Positions 31,146 through 42,590 of a stretch of DNA of 64,000 nt are shown here, in pieces (the first letter of the stretch is position 1; each line of letters opens with the position of its first letter). Below the pieces are notes generated by a model. The model was not told the DNA's origin. It did no database searches and saw only the letters and a program-made list of their open reading frames with translations. Both the position numbers and the translations under genes were made by a program. The DNA is from an uncultured cyanobacterium (GTDB lineage Bacteria; Cyanobacteriota; Cyanobacteriia; Cyanobacteriales; CAWUOF01): contig CAVUSO010000001.1 in assembly GCA_963744145.1 (NCBI GenBank), positions 4,608,001-4,672,000 on the forward strand. The letters are read 5' to 3'.

Positions 31146-32327
31146 TTAATAAGCTTCCACAGGAATTCTCATTGCCCGAGCTAATTCGGCTGCAACTTCT
31201 GGACGAGAAAACTCTGGTGGAGGTAGTTCTCCTTGTCGTAACAATTCCCGAACTTTAGTCCCAGACAAGTGAATCCGCTGTTCCGGAGTGCTAGGGCTAG
31301 TCTTACTTGTTGCCATACTTTGGGTTACAGTACAGTAAAAAGCGTGTTCAAACTTCATCGGGATAATGCCCAATTCCCTAGGTTCAAACTGATCAAAAAT
31401 ATGTTGAGCATCGTAAGTCCCATAATAATTGCCTACTCCAGCATGATCTCGACCGACAATAAAATGGGTACAGCCGTAATTTTTCCGGACTAAAGCATGA
31501 AAAATTGCTTCTCTCGGGCCAGCATAACGCATCGCGGCTGGATTAATTGCTAAAACCACCCGTTCTTTAGGAAAATACCGTTCTAACAAAATTTCATAAC
31601 ATCGCATCCGCACATCTGCGGGAATATCATCTTCTTTAGTTGCTCCCACTAAAGGATGAAGGAATAAAGCATCTACTGTTTCTAAAGCACACTTTTGGAT
31701 ATATTCATGGGCACGATGAATGGGGTTGCGAGTTTGGAAACCAACCACCGTTTTCCAACCATGGGATTGAAAAATCTGCCGTGATTGGGCAGGATCAATT
31801 TGATATTTGGGAAAAAGAGGATGCAAATCTCTTTGCATTAACCAAACTGGACCTGCTAGGTTAATTGCCCCTTGCTGATACAGTACATTTACTCCTGGAT
31901 GCTCAAGGTCTTCTGTCTGGTAGACTTTAGTTGCCTCAAGTGCTTTGTTATAGCGATATTTTTGGGTTAACTCTAAAACCCCAATAAAACGACCACTTGG
32001 ATCATCTAAACGGAGCCAACTTCCTTCCTTCAGTGGTTCTGCTAATTCTTCACTAATTGAAAGTGTGATCGGAATTGACCAAGCTACTCCGTTGATTAAG
32101 TGCATCTCGGTGATCACTTCCTCATAGTCGGCTTTTTCCATAAAACCAGTCAGAGGACTAAATCCACCGATCGCGATCATTTCTAGATCTGAACAAGCTC
32201 GCTGATCTAATTGAATCCGGGTCAGATGATTTGCTTGTTCGAGAAATTCTTGTCTTTGAGCAGGGGTAGCGATCCGATTAATGAGATGACCCCCGTGTGG
32301 GGCGATCCAGTCTGGATGTTGACTCAT
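31146..32327 (-). CDS. sat: Sulfate adenylyltransferase
   Basis: [28 protein letters not shown]. Confidence 0.97.
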   Translation of the reverse strand: MSQHPDWIAPHGGHLINRIATPAQRQEFLEQANHLTRIQLDQRACSDLEMIAIGGFSPLTGFMEKADYEEVITEMHLINGVAWSIPITLSISEELAEPLKEGSWLRLDDPSGRFIGVLELTQKYRYNKALEATKVYQTEDLEHPGVNVLYQQGAINLAGPVWLMQRDLHPLFPKYQIDPAQSRQIFQSHGWKTVVGFQTRNPIHRAHEYIQKCALETVDALFLHPLVGATKEDDIPADVRMRCYEILLERYFPKERVVLAINPAAMRYAGPREAIFHALVRKNYGCTHFIVGRDHAGVGNYYGTYDAQHIFDQFEPRELGIIPMKFEHAFYCTVTQSMATSKTSPSTPEQRIHLSGTKVRELLRQGELPPPEFSRPEVAAELARAMRIPVEAY

Positions 32328-32416
32328 GTGGACTTTTACTTACTGATTTAAGCTGTATCCAAATTATATTATTTTCTGTGAAAACTACCTGGATCAGGGT
32401 TTAATCTATTGTTTAG

Positions 32417-34282
32417 TTAAGTTCCCAGCATTTGTAAATTGTATAAACTTGCATACAATCCTCCTTGATGCAGGAGTTCATCGTGACTACCTGACTCGAT
32501 TACCTGTCCTCGCTTGAGGACTAAAATCCGATCGACATTACGGATTGTGGAAAGTCGATGGGCAATAATTATGGCTGTCCGGTTTTCTAAAAGATGCTCT
32601 AAAGCATCTTGAATTAAACTTTCTGTACCCACATCTAAGCTCGCTGTTGCTTCATCTAATACTAAAATCTCTGGATTCCGCACCGCAGCTCGTGCAAAAG
32701 CTAAAAGTTGTTTTTGACCTGCTGATAAGTTTGTACCTCTCTCTCGTAATTGGGTATCATATCCTTGGGGTAATTGTTCAATAAAACTAGCCACATTGGT
32801 TTTGGTAGCTGCTACTTGAATTTCTGTGAAAGAATATTCATCTCCTAAGGTAATATTTCTTTTGACATCCCCAGCAAATAAAAAACCTTCTTGGAGAATT
32901 ACACCTAAATGTCTTCTTAATTCTGCTTGAGCCATTTCCCGAATATCTATCCCATCGATCAGAATACGTCCCCTAGTCGGTTCGTATAAACGACACAATA
33001 AACGAATGATCGAACTTTTTCCAGCTCCCGTCGGACCAACTAAGGCGATCTTTTCTCCTGGATGAATGGTAAAATCTAAGTCTTTCAAGACAAATTCATC
33101 TTCTTTATAAGCAAACCAAACTCTCTCAAATCGAATTTCACCTGTTCTAATCGTTGCTGAGAAAGAATTTTGATTAATTGGATCACGAATTTCAATTGGT
33201 TCGTTTAAAATTTCACTAATTCGTTCGATCGCAGTAAACCCAGCTTGAATTGCTGTGAATTTTTCCGCAAATTGTCGTAAAGGATCAAATAAACGCTGGG
33301 CAAATAAAATAAATGATGCTAAAACCCCGAAATTCAGAGAGTTGTGCATAATTTGCCAACCACCTAGACACAATACACCACTAATTGCGACTAAAGCAAT
33401 CCATTCTAAAGTTGCAGAAACTGCGGAATCGTAAAAAATAGTTTTGTCGATCGCTTCGATATAGTTTTGATTATTTACTCTAAATAGTTCCGCGTTTAAT
33501 TTTTCTCTCCGAAATAATTGCACGATCCCAATCCCGGTGATATTTTCTTGGATTTGAGCATTCAGCGATGATAACTCATCTCGGGCTAGATAATTTGCTT
33601 GGCGGTATTGTTGCTGAAAATAAACTATTAGTCCAGTAACGGGAATTAGCATTAAGATTAACATTAAAGCTAATTGCCATTGTAAAAAAAACATGGTGAT
33701 CATGATAGCGAGCATCGAAAATAAATCACTAATAATTCCGATCGCACCAGTGGAAAAAACTTCTCCTAATGCGTCCACATCGCTAGTCAGACGAGTAATT
33801 AATTTTCCAACCGGAGTGCTATCGAAAAATCTAACTGCTAAAGAACTAACATGGTGAAATAAATCATTACGAATATCTGTAGTAATTTTTTGACCGATTT
33901 TTTGGACTAAAAAGCTTTGCGTTGATTCCAGTCCTAAGCGGGTAATTATAGTTAATAATAATAACCAATCCAGAATCGCTAATCCTTGGACAAGCGTTTG
34001 ATTTTGTAAAAAAAACCAAGTCGATTCATTCCGAAGTAAGGAAATTGCTTGTCCAAAGATAATGGGCTGAATAGCACCAGCTATGGATAATGGCACTAAC
34101 AAGATTAGCACTCTTAAGAGCAATTGTCCACTGCGACGCGCATAGGGAACCAAACGCAAAAACAAGCGCCAATCATTTTCTCGGTTTAAGCGCGATCGCT
34201 GTTTTCGTTCAGGTAATAATTGGTTGAGCCGATAATTTTCCTCGGTTTTTTTCTTATGATCATTCATTCGTTTCAGCCTCAC
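32417..34282 (-). CDS. ABC exporter, fused permease / ATP-binding protein
   Basis: TM domain; GPTGAGKS; LSAGQKQ; ILVLDEATASLD; AHRLSTI. Confidence 0.92.
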   Translation of the reverse strand: MRLKRMNDHKKKTEENYRLNQLLPERKQRSRLNRENDWRLFLRLVPYARRSGQLLLRVLILLVPLSIAGAIQPIIFGQAISLLRNESTWFFLQNQTLVQGLAILDWLLLLTIITRLGLESTQSFLVQKIGQKITTDIRNDLFHHVSSLAVRFFDSTPVGKLITRLTSDVDALGEVFSTGAIGIISDLFSMLAIMITMFFLQWQLALMLILMLIPVTGLIVYFQQQYRQANYLARDELSSLNAQIQENITGIGIVQLFRREKLNAELFRVNNQNYIEAIDKTIFYDSAVSATLEWIALVAISGVLCLGGWQIMHNSLNFGVLASFILFAQRLFDPLRQFAEKFTAIQAGFTAIERISEILNEPIEIRDPINQNSFSATIRTGEIRFERVWFAYKEDEFVLKDLDFTIHPGEKIALVGPTGAGKSSIIRLLCRLYEPTRGRILIDGIDIREMAQAELRRHLGVILQEGFLFAGDVKRNITLGDEYSFTEIQVAATKTNVASFIEQLPQGYDTQLRERGTNLSAGQKQLLAFARAAVRNPEILVLDEATASLDVGTESLIQDALEHLLENRTAIIIAHRLSTIRNVDRILVLKRGQVIESGSHDELLHQGGLYASLYNLQMLGT

Positions 34283-34330
34283 CAGTTATCCCCAATCAAT
34301 ATTAACAATATTTGAGATATTTTGACATCG

Positions 34331-34372
34331 CCATATGGTAGGGGCGTATAGCAATACGCCCCTACCATATGG
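34331..34372. repeat. REP-like palindrome (GTAG family)
   Basis: CCATATGGTAGGGGCGTAT-AGCA-ATACGCCCCTACCATATGG, 19-bp perfect arms; the core recurs at 55591-55618. Confidence 0.85.
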
Positions 34373-34381
34373 TAGGATCAT

Positions 34382-35026
34382 CTAAACAGGACTCAAGGTT
34401 AGCGATCGCAATTTCCCAATCCAATCATCCAAATTATCCATATTGAGACGATAACTCAAAGGATGAGCAATGAGTCTTGCGGTGCTTTCAAACAAAACTT
34501 CGATCTCAATCAACCCATTTTCTTGGAGAGTACGACCAGTAGAAACTAAATCCACGATCGCTTCTGACATCCCCGTAATTGGTCCAAGTTCAACGGAACC
34601 ATAGAGAGGGATAATTTCGACTGGTAGTTCTAAATTTTGGAAATGTTCGCGGGCACAATGAACAAATTTAGAAGCAACTCTACCATGAGGTGGTAATTCC
34701 AGCGATCGGCGATAGGGACTAGAAGCTTTGACCGCAACAGACATCCGACATTTCCCAAACTTGAGATCTAGTAGATGAGCGACTTGAGATTTTTTTTCTC
34801 GCAACACATCATAACCAACAATTCCCAATTGTGCTTGACCATATTCTACATAAACTGGTACATCTTGCGCTCTGACTAGCAATGCTTTCGCTCGATGGTT
34901 AGGGTCATTTATTTGTAATTGACGGTTAGTTGAGTCCAGAAAGCTACTAAAATCTAACCCAACTGCTTGTAGCAGTTTGATACTATCATTCAGTAGGGCA
35001 CCTTTGGGTAATGCAACAGTAAGCAT
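34382..35026 (-). CDS. hisG: ATP phosphoribosyltransferase, short form
   Basis: [36 protein letters not shown]; 214 aa. Confidence 0.96.
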   Translation of the reverse strand: MLTVALPKGALLNDSIKLLQAVGLDFSSFLDSTNRQLQINDPNHRAKALLVRAQDVPVYVEYGQAQLGIVGYDVLREKKSQVAHLLDLKFGKCRMSVAVKASSPYRRSLELPPHGRVASKFVHCAREHFQNLELPVEIIPLYGSVELGPITGMSEAIVDLVSTGRTLQENGLIEIEVLFESTARLIAHPLSYRLNMDNLDDWIGKLRSLTLSPV

Positions 35027-35111
35027 AAGACTATTGGCAAATTTAAACTTGAGATGTTTAATTCTCCCATGTTTTTTGCCGATAAATTTTTTCTTGGTCT
35101 GATTTCACTTT

Positions 35112-36638
35112 TCAGGGTGAAGGAGATGTAGAATTACTTTGGCTATTGGGAGGAGAAACAATATTTGGGTTTTGAGGTTCTGCCCCATCTACTAAACTTA
35201 CATCTAAATTGTATTTAACTTCTGATAATCCTTCTTTAATGTTAATTTCTACATAATAATCTCCTTCCGCGGGGAGAATTCCTGTCCATTCGGCAACATC
35301 CTGTCCATTTTCGACAATTTCCTGATTGAGCCATATAGTCATTAAAACTTCCCCATTGGTAATTGTAGCACTTAACTTTTGTCCAGCTTTTCCTTTAATA
35401 ATAAAATAAGTGATTTCCCGATTCTTAATACTTCGTTCTAACAAGGCTTTTTGACCTGGAAGTAGATTGAGGGTTTCAGTATAAGTAATTATTTCATTGT
35501 GAGAATTAGATGGGGTTTTATTTGGCGTAGTAATAGAATTATTATCAACATCTGTATCAGCAGTTTTTTTAGCAGGTATAGTTGGGAAAAAAGAGCCGAC
35601 TAACATCATGGGAGCAACAGCAATGAAAATCAATATACCACCAATAATCACCTTACTAATTCCAGTTTGATTGCCTAAAAAGCTATTTTTAGATGTCCTA
35701 GGGCGAGAATTTTTTCGATATTTACTAGCAGAATTACGATTAACACTTTTCTGGTCAGCAGATAAGGGAGATGCAATGATTTCGGCTGACACCAGACCAC
35801 TAATCGCTCGTAAAGCTAAGAGAACTTCATTAGCTGATTGGTAGCGATTATTCGGTCGAGGACTAAGCATTTTATTCAAAATTTGGGCAAACCGGGTACT
35901 CAAAGTCGGCACCCATTGATGCCAACGCCAACTCATGCTACTTTCATCGAATAACTCCTGGGGTTTTTTCCCAGTCATTAAGACAACTACTGTCACCGCT
36001 AAAGCATAGAGATCACTATTAGGGTAAACAGTTCCAGTTTGGAGTTGTTCCGGTGGTGCATAACCAATTTTACCTACAGCAGTACCAGAACTATGATTTT
36101 GAGAAGTTTCAAAATGGTATGCTCCAGCTTTAACTACACCAAAATCGATCAGAACCGGTCGCTGATCGTCTGCACGACAAATAATATTATCTGGAGCAAT
36201 ATCTCGATGAATAATGCCTTGACTATGAATATATTCTAAAATTGGTAAGATCTGCTGTAAAAATTCGGACATTTCCCATTCTGAGAAAAACCGTTTTTCT
36301 GGTAGACGTTCTGCGAGTAATCTCCGATAGGTTTTTCCTTCGACATAATCTTGGACTAAAAAAAACCGTCCTCCCTGTTCAAAAGATGCTAAAAACCGTG
36401 GAATTTGCGGATGTTGAATTTGATAAAGTACCTTAGCTTCCCTCGCAAATAAGTCCTGAGATTTATTGAGTACATAATCATCAGTTATTTGGGGGTTATA
36501 TTCTTTTAAAACACAAGCTTCATTAAAACGAGATTGGTCTTCTGCTAAATAAGTACGACCAAATCCACCCTGACCCAAAACTTTTGTCAAGCGGTAACGA
36601 GTTTGCAGAATAGTTCCTGGTTGAAAAGCTGGTTGCAT
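35112..36638 (-). CDS. Membrane-anchored Ser/Thr protein kinase (Pkn2 type)
   Basis: LGQGGFGRTY, HRDIAPDN, DFG, GYAPPEQ; one TM and a C-terminal extracytoplasmic domain. Confidence 0.92.
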   Translation of the reverse strand: MQPAFQPGTILQTRYRLTKVLGQGGFGRTYLAEDQSRFNEACVLKEYNPQITDDYVLNKSQDLFAREAKVLYQIQHPQIPRFLASFEQGGRFFLVQDYVEGKTYRRLLAERLPEKRFFSEWEMSEFLQQILPILEYIHSQGIIHRDIAPDNIICRADDQRPVLIDFGVVKAGAYHFETSQNHSSGTAVGKIGYAPPEQLQTGTVYPNSDLYALAVTVVVLMTGKKPQELFDESSMSWRWHQWVPTLSTRFAQILNKMLSPRPNNRYQSANEVLLALRAISGLVSAEIIASPLSADQKSVNRNSASKYRKNSRPRTSKNSFLGNQTGISKVIIGGILIFIAVAPMMLVGSFFPTIPAKKTADTDVDNNSITTPNKTPSNSHNEIITYTETLNLLPGQKALLERSIKNREITYFIIKGKAGQKLSATITNGEVLMTIWLNQEIVENGQDVAEWTGILPAEGDYYVEINIKEGLSEVKYNLDVSLVDGAEPQNPNIVSPPNSQSNSTSPSP

Positions 36639-36697
36639 GACAAGTTAAAATTTTCATACTAAACTAATTGTTCCCTAGCAAAGGCTAGCAACGGTCA

Positions 36698-37393
36698 ATG
36701 CGAATTCTCCTAGTTGATGATGAAGTTGAATTGACTATACCTTTAAAAAGTGTGCTAACTCGTGAGGGTTATCAGGTTGATCTGGCTGATAATGGGATCG
36801 CTGGTGGTCAGTTAGCTAGTCTTGGTGGTTATCACTTGTTAATTTTGGATTGGATGTTACCCCAACAATCTGGATTAGCGATTTGTCAAGAATTGCGATC
36901 GCGCGGTGATGTTACCCCGGTTCTATTTCTCACTGCTAAAGATACTATAGATGATCGAGTTCAAGGATTGGATGCAGGGGGAGATGACTATTTGGTCAAA
37001 CCCTTTGAACTGAGGGAGTTATTAGCACGAGTTCGGGCTCTGCTCCGTCGTTCGCTGGTAGTAGAGCAGACCCGAGCGATCGCTGATCAATCAGAATCTG
37101 CTTTAATTCGGGTGGAAGATTTAGAACTAGATCGGGAAAATCAGTTAGCCTATCGTCAAGGAAGGATGATCGAACTTTCGGAAAAAGAAAGCCAGTTGTT
37201 GACATATTTGATGGATCACCCTGGTCAATTATTGACTCATACCCAAATCTATCAACAGTTATGGGATGAGGGAGAGCAACCCAACAGCAATGTCCTAGCA
37301 GCACTGATCCGTCTACTCCGACGCAAAATAGAAGCCCCAGGTGAAATGCCTCTCATTCATACAGTGTATGGTAAAGGTTATCGTTTTGGTTGA
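36698..37393 (+). CDS. OmpR/PhoB family response regulator
   Basis: ILLVDDE, LDWMLP, DDYLVKPF, winged-helix IHTVYGKGYRF. Confidence 0.93.
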   Translation: MRILLVDDEVELTIPLKSVLTREGYQVDLADNGIAGGQLASLGGYHLLILDWMLPQQSGLAICQELRSRGDVTPVLFLTAKDTIDDRVQGLDAGGDDYLVKPFELRELLARVRALLRRSLVVEQTRAIADQSESALIRVEDLELDRENQLAYRQGRMIELSEKESQLLTYLMDHPGQLLTHTQIYQQLWDEGEQPNSNVLAALIRLLRRKIEAPGEMPLIHTVYGKGYRFG

Positions 37394-37427
37394 TCTAGCT
37401 AGTGATTGGTGGCATTTTCCGGAACAA

Positions 37428-38144
37428 TTAAATCAGCAATTCTGCCAATCCTAAATAATTAATATCTGTAGGAGTAATTTGAAAACGACAAGGTAGAATT
37501 TCTAAACCTTGGTGAAATGCTGCGCGTAAAAGCTTACCATAGACTGGATCAGCACTATCACCTGGTGCAAAACTGGTACAGTCTTCTCGATTAATAAAAT
37601 AAAGCATCACTGCTCTGGTTTGTGGTAGAAGTGCAGTTAATTCCCGCAAATGCTTTTGTCCTCTAGTGGTGACAGTATCGGGAAATAAAGCGAGGTGTTC
37701 TTTAGCCCAAGTGGTATTTTTTACTTCTAGGTAAATTCGATTCTCAGCTTGATCTATTAACAGGAAATCGATCCGACTTTTTTTTTCCTGTCCATAGGGA
37801 ACTTCGGGCAGAATTTGGCTGTAGTTACTCAATTGAGGAAATAAAAATTTTTCTAAAGCTAATTTAACGATTTTGTTTGGTAAAGCTGTATTAACTCCGA
37901 TCCAAGTCTGGTCAATCTGAATCATTTCCCAGGTATAAGCTAGTTTCCGTTTGGGATTATCACTCATCGATACCATCACGGGACTACCGATCAGACAAAC
38001 TCCGGTCATTGGCCCGGTATTGGGACAATGGGCGGTCACGACTGCTCCTGTGCTGAGTTCAATATCAGCAAAAAAACGTTTGTAGCGTTTGAGGAGAATC
38101 CCAGAATACAGCGGTGGAAATTGATAGATGGAGGTAGGTGTCAT
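37428..38144 (-). CDS. sfsA: DNA/RNA nuclease SfsA (sugar fermentation stimulation protein)
   Basis: KRYKRFFAD, AHCPNTGPM, SRIDFLL, FPDTVTTRGQKHL. Confidence 0.95.
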   Translation of the reverse strand: MTPTSIYQFPPLYSGILLKRYKRFFADIELSTGAVVTAHCPNTGPMTGVCLIGSPVMVSMSDNPKRKLAYTWEMIQIDQTWIGVNTALPNKIVKLALEKFLFPQLSNYSQILPEVPYGQEKKSRIDFLLIDQAENRIYLEVKNTTWAKEHLALFPDTVTTRGQKHLRELTALLPQTRAVMLYFINREDCTSFAPGDSADPVYGKLLRAAFHQGLEILPCRFQITPTDINYLGLAELLI

Positions 38145-38190
38145 TGACTGATTATATGATAAAAAAGCGTTTAGCTTGATTTAAACTATT

Positions 38191-39795
38191 GTGTCTAATC
38201 CGCCAAAAAAATCTCGTTCTCTGCTGAGTATTGCCAGGATCGTGGCAATTGCCACCTTAATTAGTAAAATTTTTGGGCTAGTACGTCAACAAGCGATCGC
38301 TGCTGCATTTGGAGTTGGTGCTGCGGTAGATGCTTATAACTATGCCTATGTGATTCCTGGATTTTTGTTAGTGTTATTGGGGGGCATTAATGGTCCATTT
38401 CATAGCGCCATTGTGAGTGTTCTCTCTAAACGACCTAAAGAAGAAGCAGCTCCCTTAGTAGAAACAATCACCACCTTAGTCAGTGGATTTTTATTATTGG
38501 TGACGATCGCTTCGATTATTTTTGCTGATCCGCTCGTCGATCTAGTCGCACCAGGATTAACCAGAACCGAGACAGGGTTAGAAATTCGGGCGATCGCGAT
38601 CCAACAATTTCGGATTATGGCCCCAATGGCGTTACTAGCAGGTTTAATTGGAATTGGTTTTGGGACTCTCAATGCTGGAGATCAATACTGGTTACCATCC
38701 ATCAGTCCTTTATTTTCTAGTGTGGCTGTTATTGGTGGGATTGGGATAATTACGCTCCAACTCGGTCAGAAAATTACTGCACCTGAATATGCTCTCACGG
38801 GAGGATTAGTATTAGCGTGGGGAACTTTAATTGGTGCAATTTTACAATGGTTAGTTCAGTTATTTGCTCAAGCGCGTGCTGGGATGGGAAAATTACGCTT
38901 CAGACTTGAGCTGGAGCAACCAGGAGTAAAAGAAATCCTGCGAGTCATGGGTCCAGCAACTCTTTCTTCGGGGATGTTGCAGATTAATGTTTATACAGAT
39001 TTGTGGTTTGCTTCTTTTATTCCCCAAGCCGCATCAGCTTTAGGATATGCAGGTTTATTAGTACAAACACCACTGGGAATTCTTTCTAATGTCATTTTAG
39101 TACCTTTGTTGCCAGTATTTTCCCGATTAGCTGACCCCAAAGATTGGCCAGAATTAAAAATGCGAATTCGTCAGGGATTAATTTTGACAGCTATGACTAT
39201 GTTACCCTTAAGCGCCCTGATGATCACCTTAGCCGTGCCGATCGTGCGAGTAGTATATGAGCGTTATGCTTTCAATCATGCCGCATCCGTATTTGTGGCA
39301 CCAGTGCTGATGGCTTATGCGATCGGGATGTTTGTCTATTTGGGACGGGATGTTTTAGTCCGGGTATTTTATGCTTTAGGCGATGGAGAAACCCCATTTC
39401 GGGTCAGTATCGTTAATATATTACTGAATGCAGGATTAGATTATTTGCTTGTGCAAGTTTTTGGCGCTCCTGGTTTAGTCCTGGCTACTGTAGGAGTAAA
39501 TCTGATTTCCATGGTTGCCTTATTTTGGTTGCTCGATCGCAAGTTACATGGATTACCATGGCAAGAATGGAGTTGGCCATTTTTCGGCATTACCATCGGT
39601 AGTATCTTAGCTGGTGCTACTTGTTGGAGTACACTTTGGGGTTGTGAACAAGTTTTCGGCACTGAAAAATTATTAATTCAACTCATCGAATTGGGTTTTT
39701 CTAGCTTAGTCGGGTTAGCTGTTTTTGGGTTAGTGGCCATAAGTTTAAAATTACCAGAAGTTGATTTTTTCGTCAGCAAATTGAGACAAAAATAG
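38191..39795 (+). CDS. murJ: Lipid II flippase MurJ (MviN)
   Basis: ATLISKIFGLVRQQAIAAAFG, GGINGPFHSA, RVFYALGD; multi-TM. Confidence 0.93.
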   Translation: MSNPPKKSRSLLSIARIVAIATLISKIFGLVRQQAIAAAFGVGAAVDAYNYAYVIPGFLLVLLGGINGPFHSAIVSVLSKRPKEEAAPLVETITTLVSGFLLLVTIASIIFADPLVDLVAPGLTRTETGLEIRAIAIQQFRIMAPMALLAGLIGIGFGTLNAGDQYWLPSISPLFSSVAVIGGIGIITLQLGQKITAPEYALTGGLVLAWGTLIGAILQWLVQLFAQARAGMGKLRFRLELEQPGVKEILRVMGPATLSSGMLQINVYTDLWFASFIPQAASALGYAGLLVQTPLGILSNVILVPLLPVFSRLADPKDWPELKMRIRQGLILTAMTMLPLSALMITLAVPIVRVVYERYAFNHAASVFVAPVLMAYAIGMFVYLGRDVLVRVFYALGDGETPFRVSIVNILLNAGLDYLLVQVFGAPGLVLATVGVNLISMVALFWLLDRKLHGLPWQEWSWPFFGITIGSILAGATCWSTLWGCEQVFGTEKLLIQLIELGFSSLVGLAVFGLVAISLKLPEVDFFVSKLRQK

Positions 39796-40575
39796 GGTGG
39801 AAATATAAATTTATAAAACCCCAGGCTGTCACTTCCCTGATAATTGATTAGAATGTCTCAATAGGAAGCAAAAATTTGGTTTTGCACAAATTGTTCACAA
39901 TTTTAAAGATTTAGCGGAGATATGCTCAGATTAGAATTAAATGGCTAAAATATGGCTAACTTGTATTCAGTGTCAATGCTGCTAGGCAAAACCTTCAATG
40001 CTGATCATGCTGCATGACTCATCTGCAAGCAAAATACGCCCATGCTCGGATTGAGTATGAGTTAACGTTAAAAAAAAGCAGGGGAAACATAGGTGCATCA
40101 ATGAGATCGACCATAGCAGGAACTAACCTGGCCAAAGAGCAACTGATTACAGTTAAACAGATAGCTTGGGATGGGAGAGAAACTGTTCCCACAGATTCAT
40201 CAAGCCCACCCAAATCAAGCAAATTTGCATGGTGGTACATAATTTTTCATGGATTTGCTGACAATGACAAACAAAATTTTTTCGGCTAGTCAGCAATAAG
40301 CTCTCTTGGTTAACAGGAGCGAATCAGCCAAGCGGCGTGCAAATTTTGTCAGAAAGGCTACAATCGAAAAGGTCTTAACAATGGCCAGAATGAATAACTT
40401 GATGGTCACTTCTATCCAAAAATCTGGAGAGAAGCCTTTAATTTTGACCTGAGTTAGTCATTGATCAAGCAAGAAAGTTTTGAACGGTTTGCTACTGGCT
40501 AGCATAGAGAAAGACCATATAGATCACGTTTTCTAGTAATTAATTGTTTGAATAAAGGAGCATGAGGAACGCGGC

Positions 40576-41769
40576 ATGACCCAGGCTAACAACGTACTCG
40601 TAACCATTGATCAGCCTGAGCTTGCAACCATCGAGTTGCTTCGCAACGCTTCCGGCTTAGAGGCTGAACTAGATTTAGAACTCTTAATTGAGGAAGAAGA
40701 TGATTTGCAAGTTAATCCCTCTGGCGAACGAGGTGATTTTTTAGAAGCTCAGCCTGAGGAGGACGACGGGAAGTCTGGTAAAGTTCGCTCAGCCCGCCGA
40801 CGGGCTCAAGCCAAGAAAAAGCATTACACCGAGGACTCGATCCGTCTATATCTGCAAGAAATTGGTCGGATTCGGCTCTTAAGAGCTGACGAAGAAATTG
40901 AATTGGCAAGGAAAATTGCTGATTTACTTGAATTAGAACGTATTCGCGAACAGCTCATGGAAGATCTCGAACGGATTCCCCATGATGCGGAGTGGGCTAA
41001 TGCGGTGAATATGCCCTTATCGGCATTTCGTCAGCGTCTCTATAAAGGGCGGCGTGCCAAAGATAAAATGGTGCAGTCTAATCTGCGCTTAGTAGTTTCG
41101 ATCGCGAAAAAATATATGAATCGGGGCTTGTCGTTTCAAGACTTGATTCAAGAAGGAAGTCTAGGTCTGATCCGCGCTGCGGAAAAGTTCGATCACGAAA
41201 AGGGCTATAAGTTCTCGACTTACGCAACTTGGTGGATTCGTCAAGCTATTACTCGCGCGATCGCCGATCAGTCCCGTACTATCCGCTTACCTGTTCATCT
41301 TTACGAAACCATTTCTCGCATCAAAAAAACTACTAAATTACTTTCTCAAGAAATGGGTCGTAAACCAACGGAAGAGGAAATTGCCACTCGGATGGAAATG
41401 ACGATCGAAAAGTTGCGATTTATTGCTAAATCCGCTCAGTTACCAATTTCCCTAGAAACTCCTATTGGGAAAGAGGAAGATTCCCGTTTGGGAGATTTTA
41501 TTGAATCTGATAGCGAAACTCCTGAAGATCAAGTTTCTAAAAATCTGCTGCGTGAAGACTTAGAAAGTGTTCTCGAAACCCTTAGTGGTCGCGAACGCGA
41601 TGTTTTACGTCTACGCTATGGATTAGATGATGGTAGGATGAAAACGCTGGAGGAAATTGGGCAGATTTTTAATGTAACTCGTGAACGGATTCGGCAAATT
41701 GAAGCTAAAGCTTTACGTAAGCTTCGTCATCCGAACCGCAATAGTATTCTCAAAGAATATATCCGCTAG
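40576..41769 (+). CDS. rpoD: Principal RNA polymerase sigma factor SigA
   Basis: [72 protein letters not shown]. Confidence 0.97.
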   Translation: MTQANNVLVTIDQPELATIELLRNASGLEAELDLELLIEEEDDLQVNPSGERGDFLEAQPEEDDGKSGKVRSARRRAQAKKKHYTEDSIRLYLQEIGRIRLLRADEEIELARKIADLLELERIREQLMEDLERIPHDAEWANAVNMPLSAFRQRLYKGRRAKDKMVQSNLRLVVSIAKKYMNRGLSFQDLIQEGSLGLIRAAEKFDHEKGYKFSTYATWWIRQAITRAIADQSRTIRLPVHLYETISRIKKTTKLLSQEMGRKPTEEEIATRMEMTIEKLRFIAKSAQLPISLETPIGKEEDSRLGDFIESDSETPEDQVSKNLLREDLESVLETLSGRERDVLRLRYGLDDGRMKTLEEIGQIFNVTRERIRQIEAKALRKLRHPNRNSILKEYIR

Positions 41770-41802
41770 ATTCCTTCTACAATTAATGTCGGTTTTATGC
41801 GA

Positions 41803-41838
41803 AAAACTCCGAAACTTTTATAGGTTCGGGGGTTTTTT
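41803..41838 (+). terminator. Rho-independent terminator after sigA
   Basis: AAAACTCCGAA...TTCGGGGGTTTTTT stem followed by a T run. Confidence 0.7.
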
Positions 41839-42031
41839 CATTACTGGTCTGGAGCTTGAGCAATTGTGGTGTTTTTTTTGAGTTGCGATCGCTAGATTTA
41901 GTGCTAATTATGCTTTAATCCTGATCGCGATCGCTATCAGTAGTTAACCATCACCTTGATCGCAGATTTTTTCTTCTGGATACGAATTGTAAATTTTTTA
42001 GTCAATTTATTAATGCTTATGCTAAGGTATT

Positions 42032-42439
42032 ATGTATACTTTTATTACAAGTAACCAAATGATTGATTTTCAACCTTTATTTGAATTTTCTTGTCATAAT
42101 TGCGTTGCCTTATGTACTTTTTTAGTACCAATGAATTTGATTTGTACTTTAGCAACAATTGTGCTAACTGGGCTACGTCGTCCTCAATTACAGATTACAC
42201 AATCGGTGCTACTGAGTAGTTTTTTTGCGCTAATTATGATCGGTCATGTGTTAATTTGGTTAAGCATAGGCGTGATCATGCTACCCACCTACATTTTATT
42301 ATGCCTGGGCAGCACTTGTTTAATTATTAATATTTGGGCGATCGCTCACCCAAAAAGTTCGATTCGGTGGTGGTGGGATTTACTTTTTCATTCCAGTAGT
42401 CCAAAAGGTAGTGAACATCATCAAGAAAGCGCCTATTAA
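42032..42439 (+). CDS. Small hypothetical membrane protein
   Basis: 3-4 hydrophobic segments; Cys-rich N-terminus. Confidence 0.7.
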   Translation: MYTFITSNQMIDFQPLFEFSCHNCVALCTFLVPMNLICTLATIVLTGLRRPQLQITQSVLLSSFFALIMIGHVLIWLSIGVIMLPTYILLCLGSTCLIINIWAIAHPKSSIRWWWDLLFHSSSPKGSEHHQESAY

Positions 42440-42590
42440 AACTGCGATCGCGATACCACCGATAATGAAATTCGAGTAATCTGGAGTTTCCATAGTTTGG
42501 GGATGGCTCAGTGAAAATTACTGATAGTTGGTTTTACTTTAGCTGAGATTGGGCAAATAAACCGGATTGCTCGATAAAATTGTTGGTTTG

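Noticed and set aside
36698..37393. Specific gene name for the response regulator
   Set aside because: OmpR-family paralogs cannot be told apart reliably by eye
40014..40289. ORFs 40014..40289 (+) and 40019..40240 (-)
   Set aside because: Mutually overlapping, no motif and no clear SD; probably chance ORFs in the sigA upstream region
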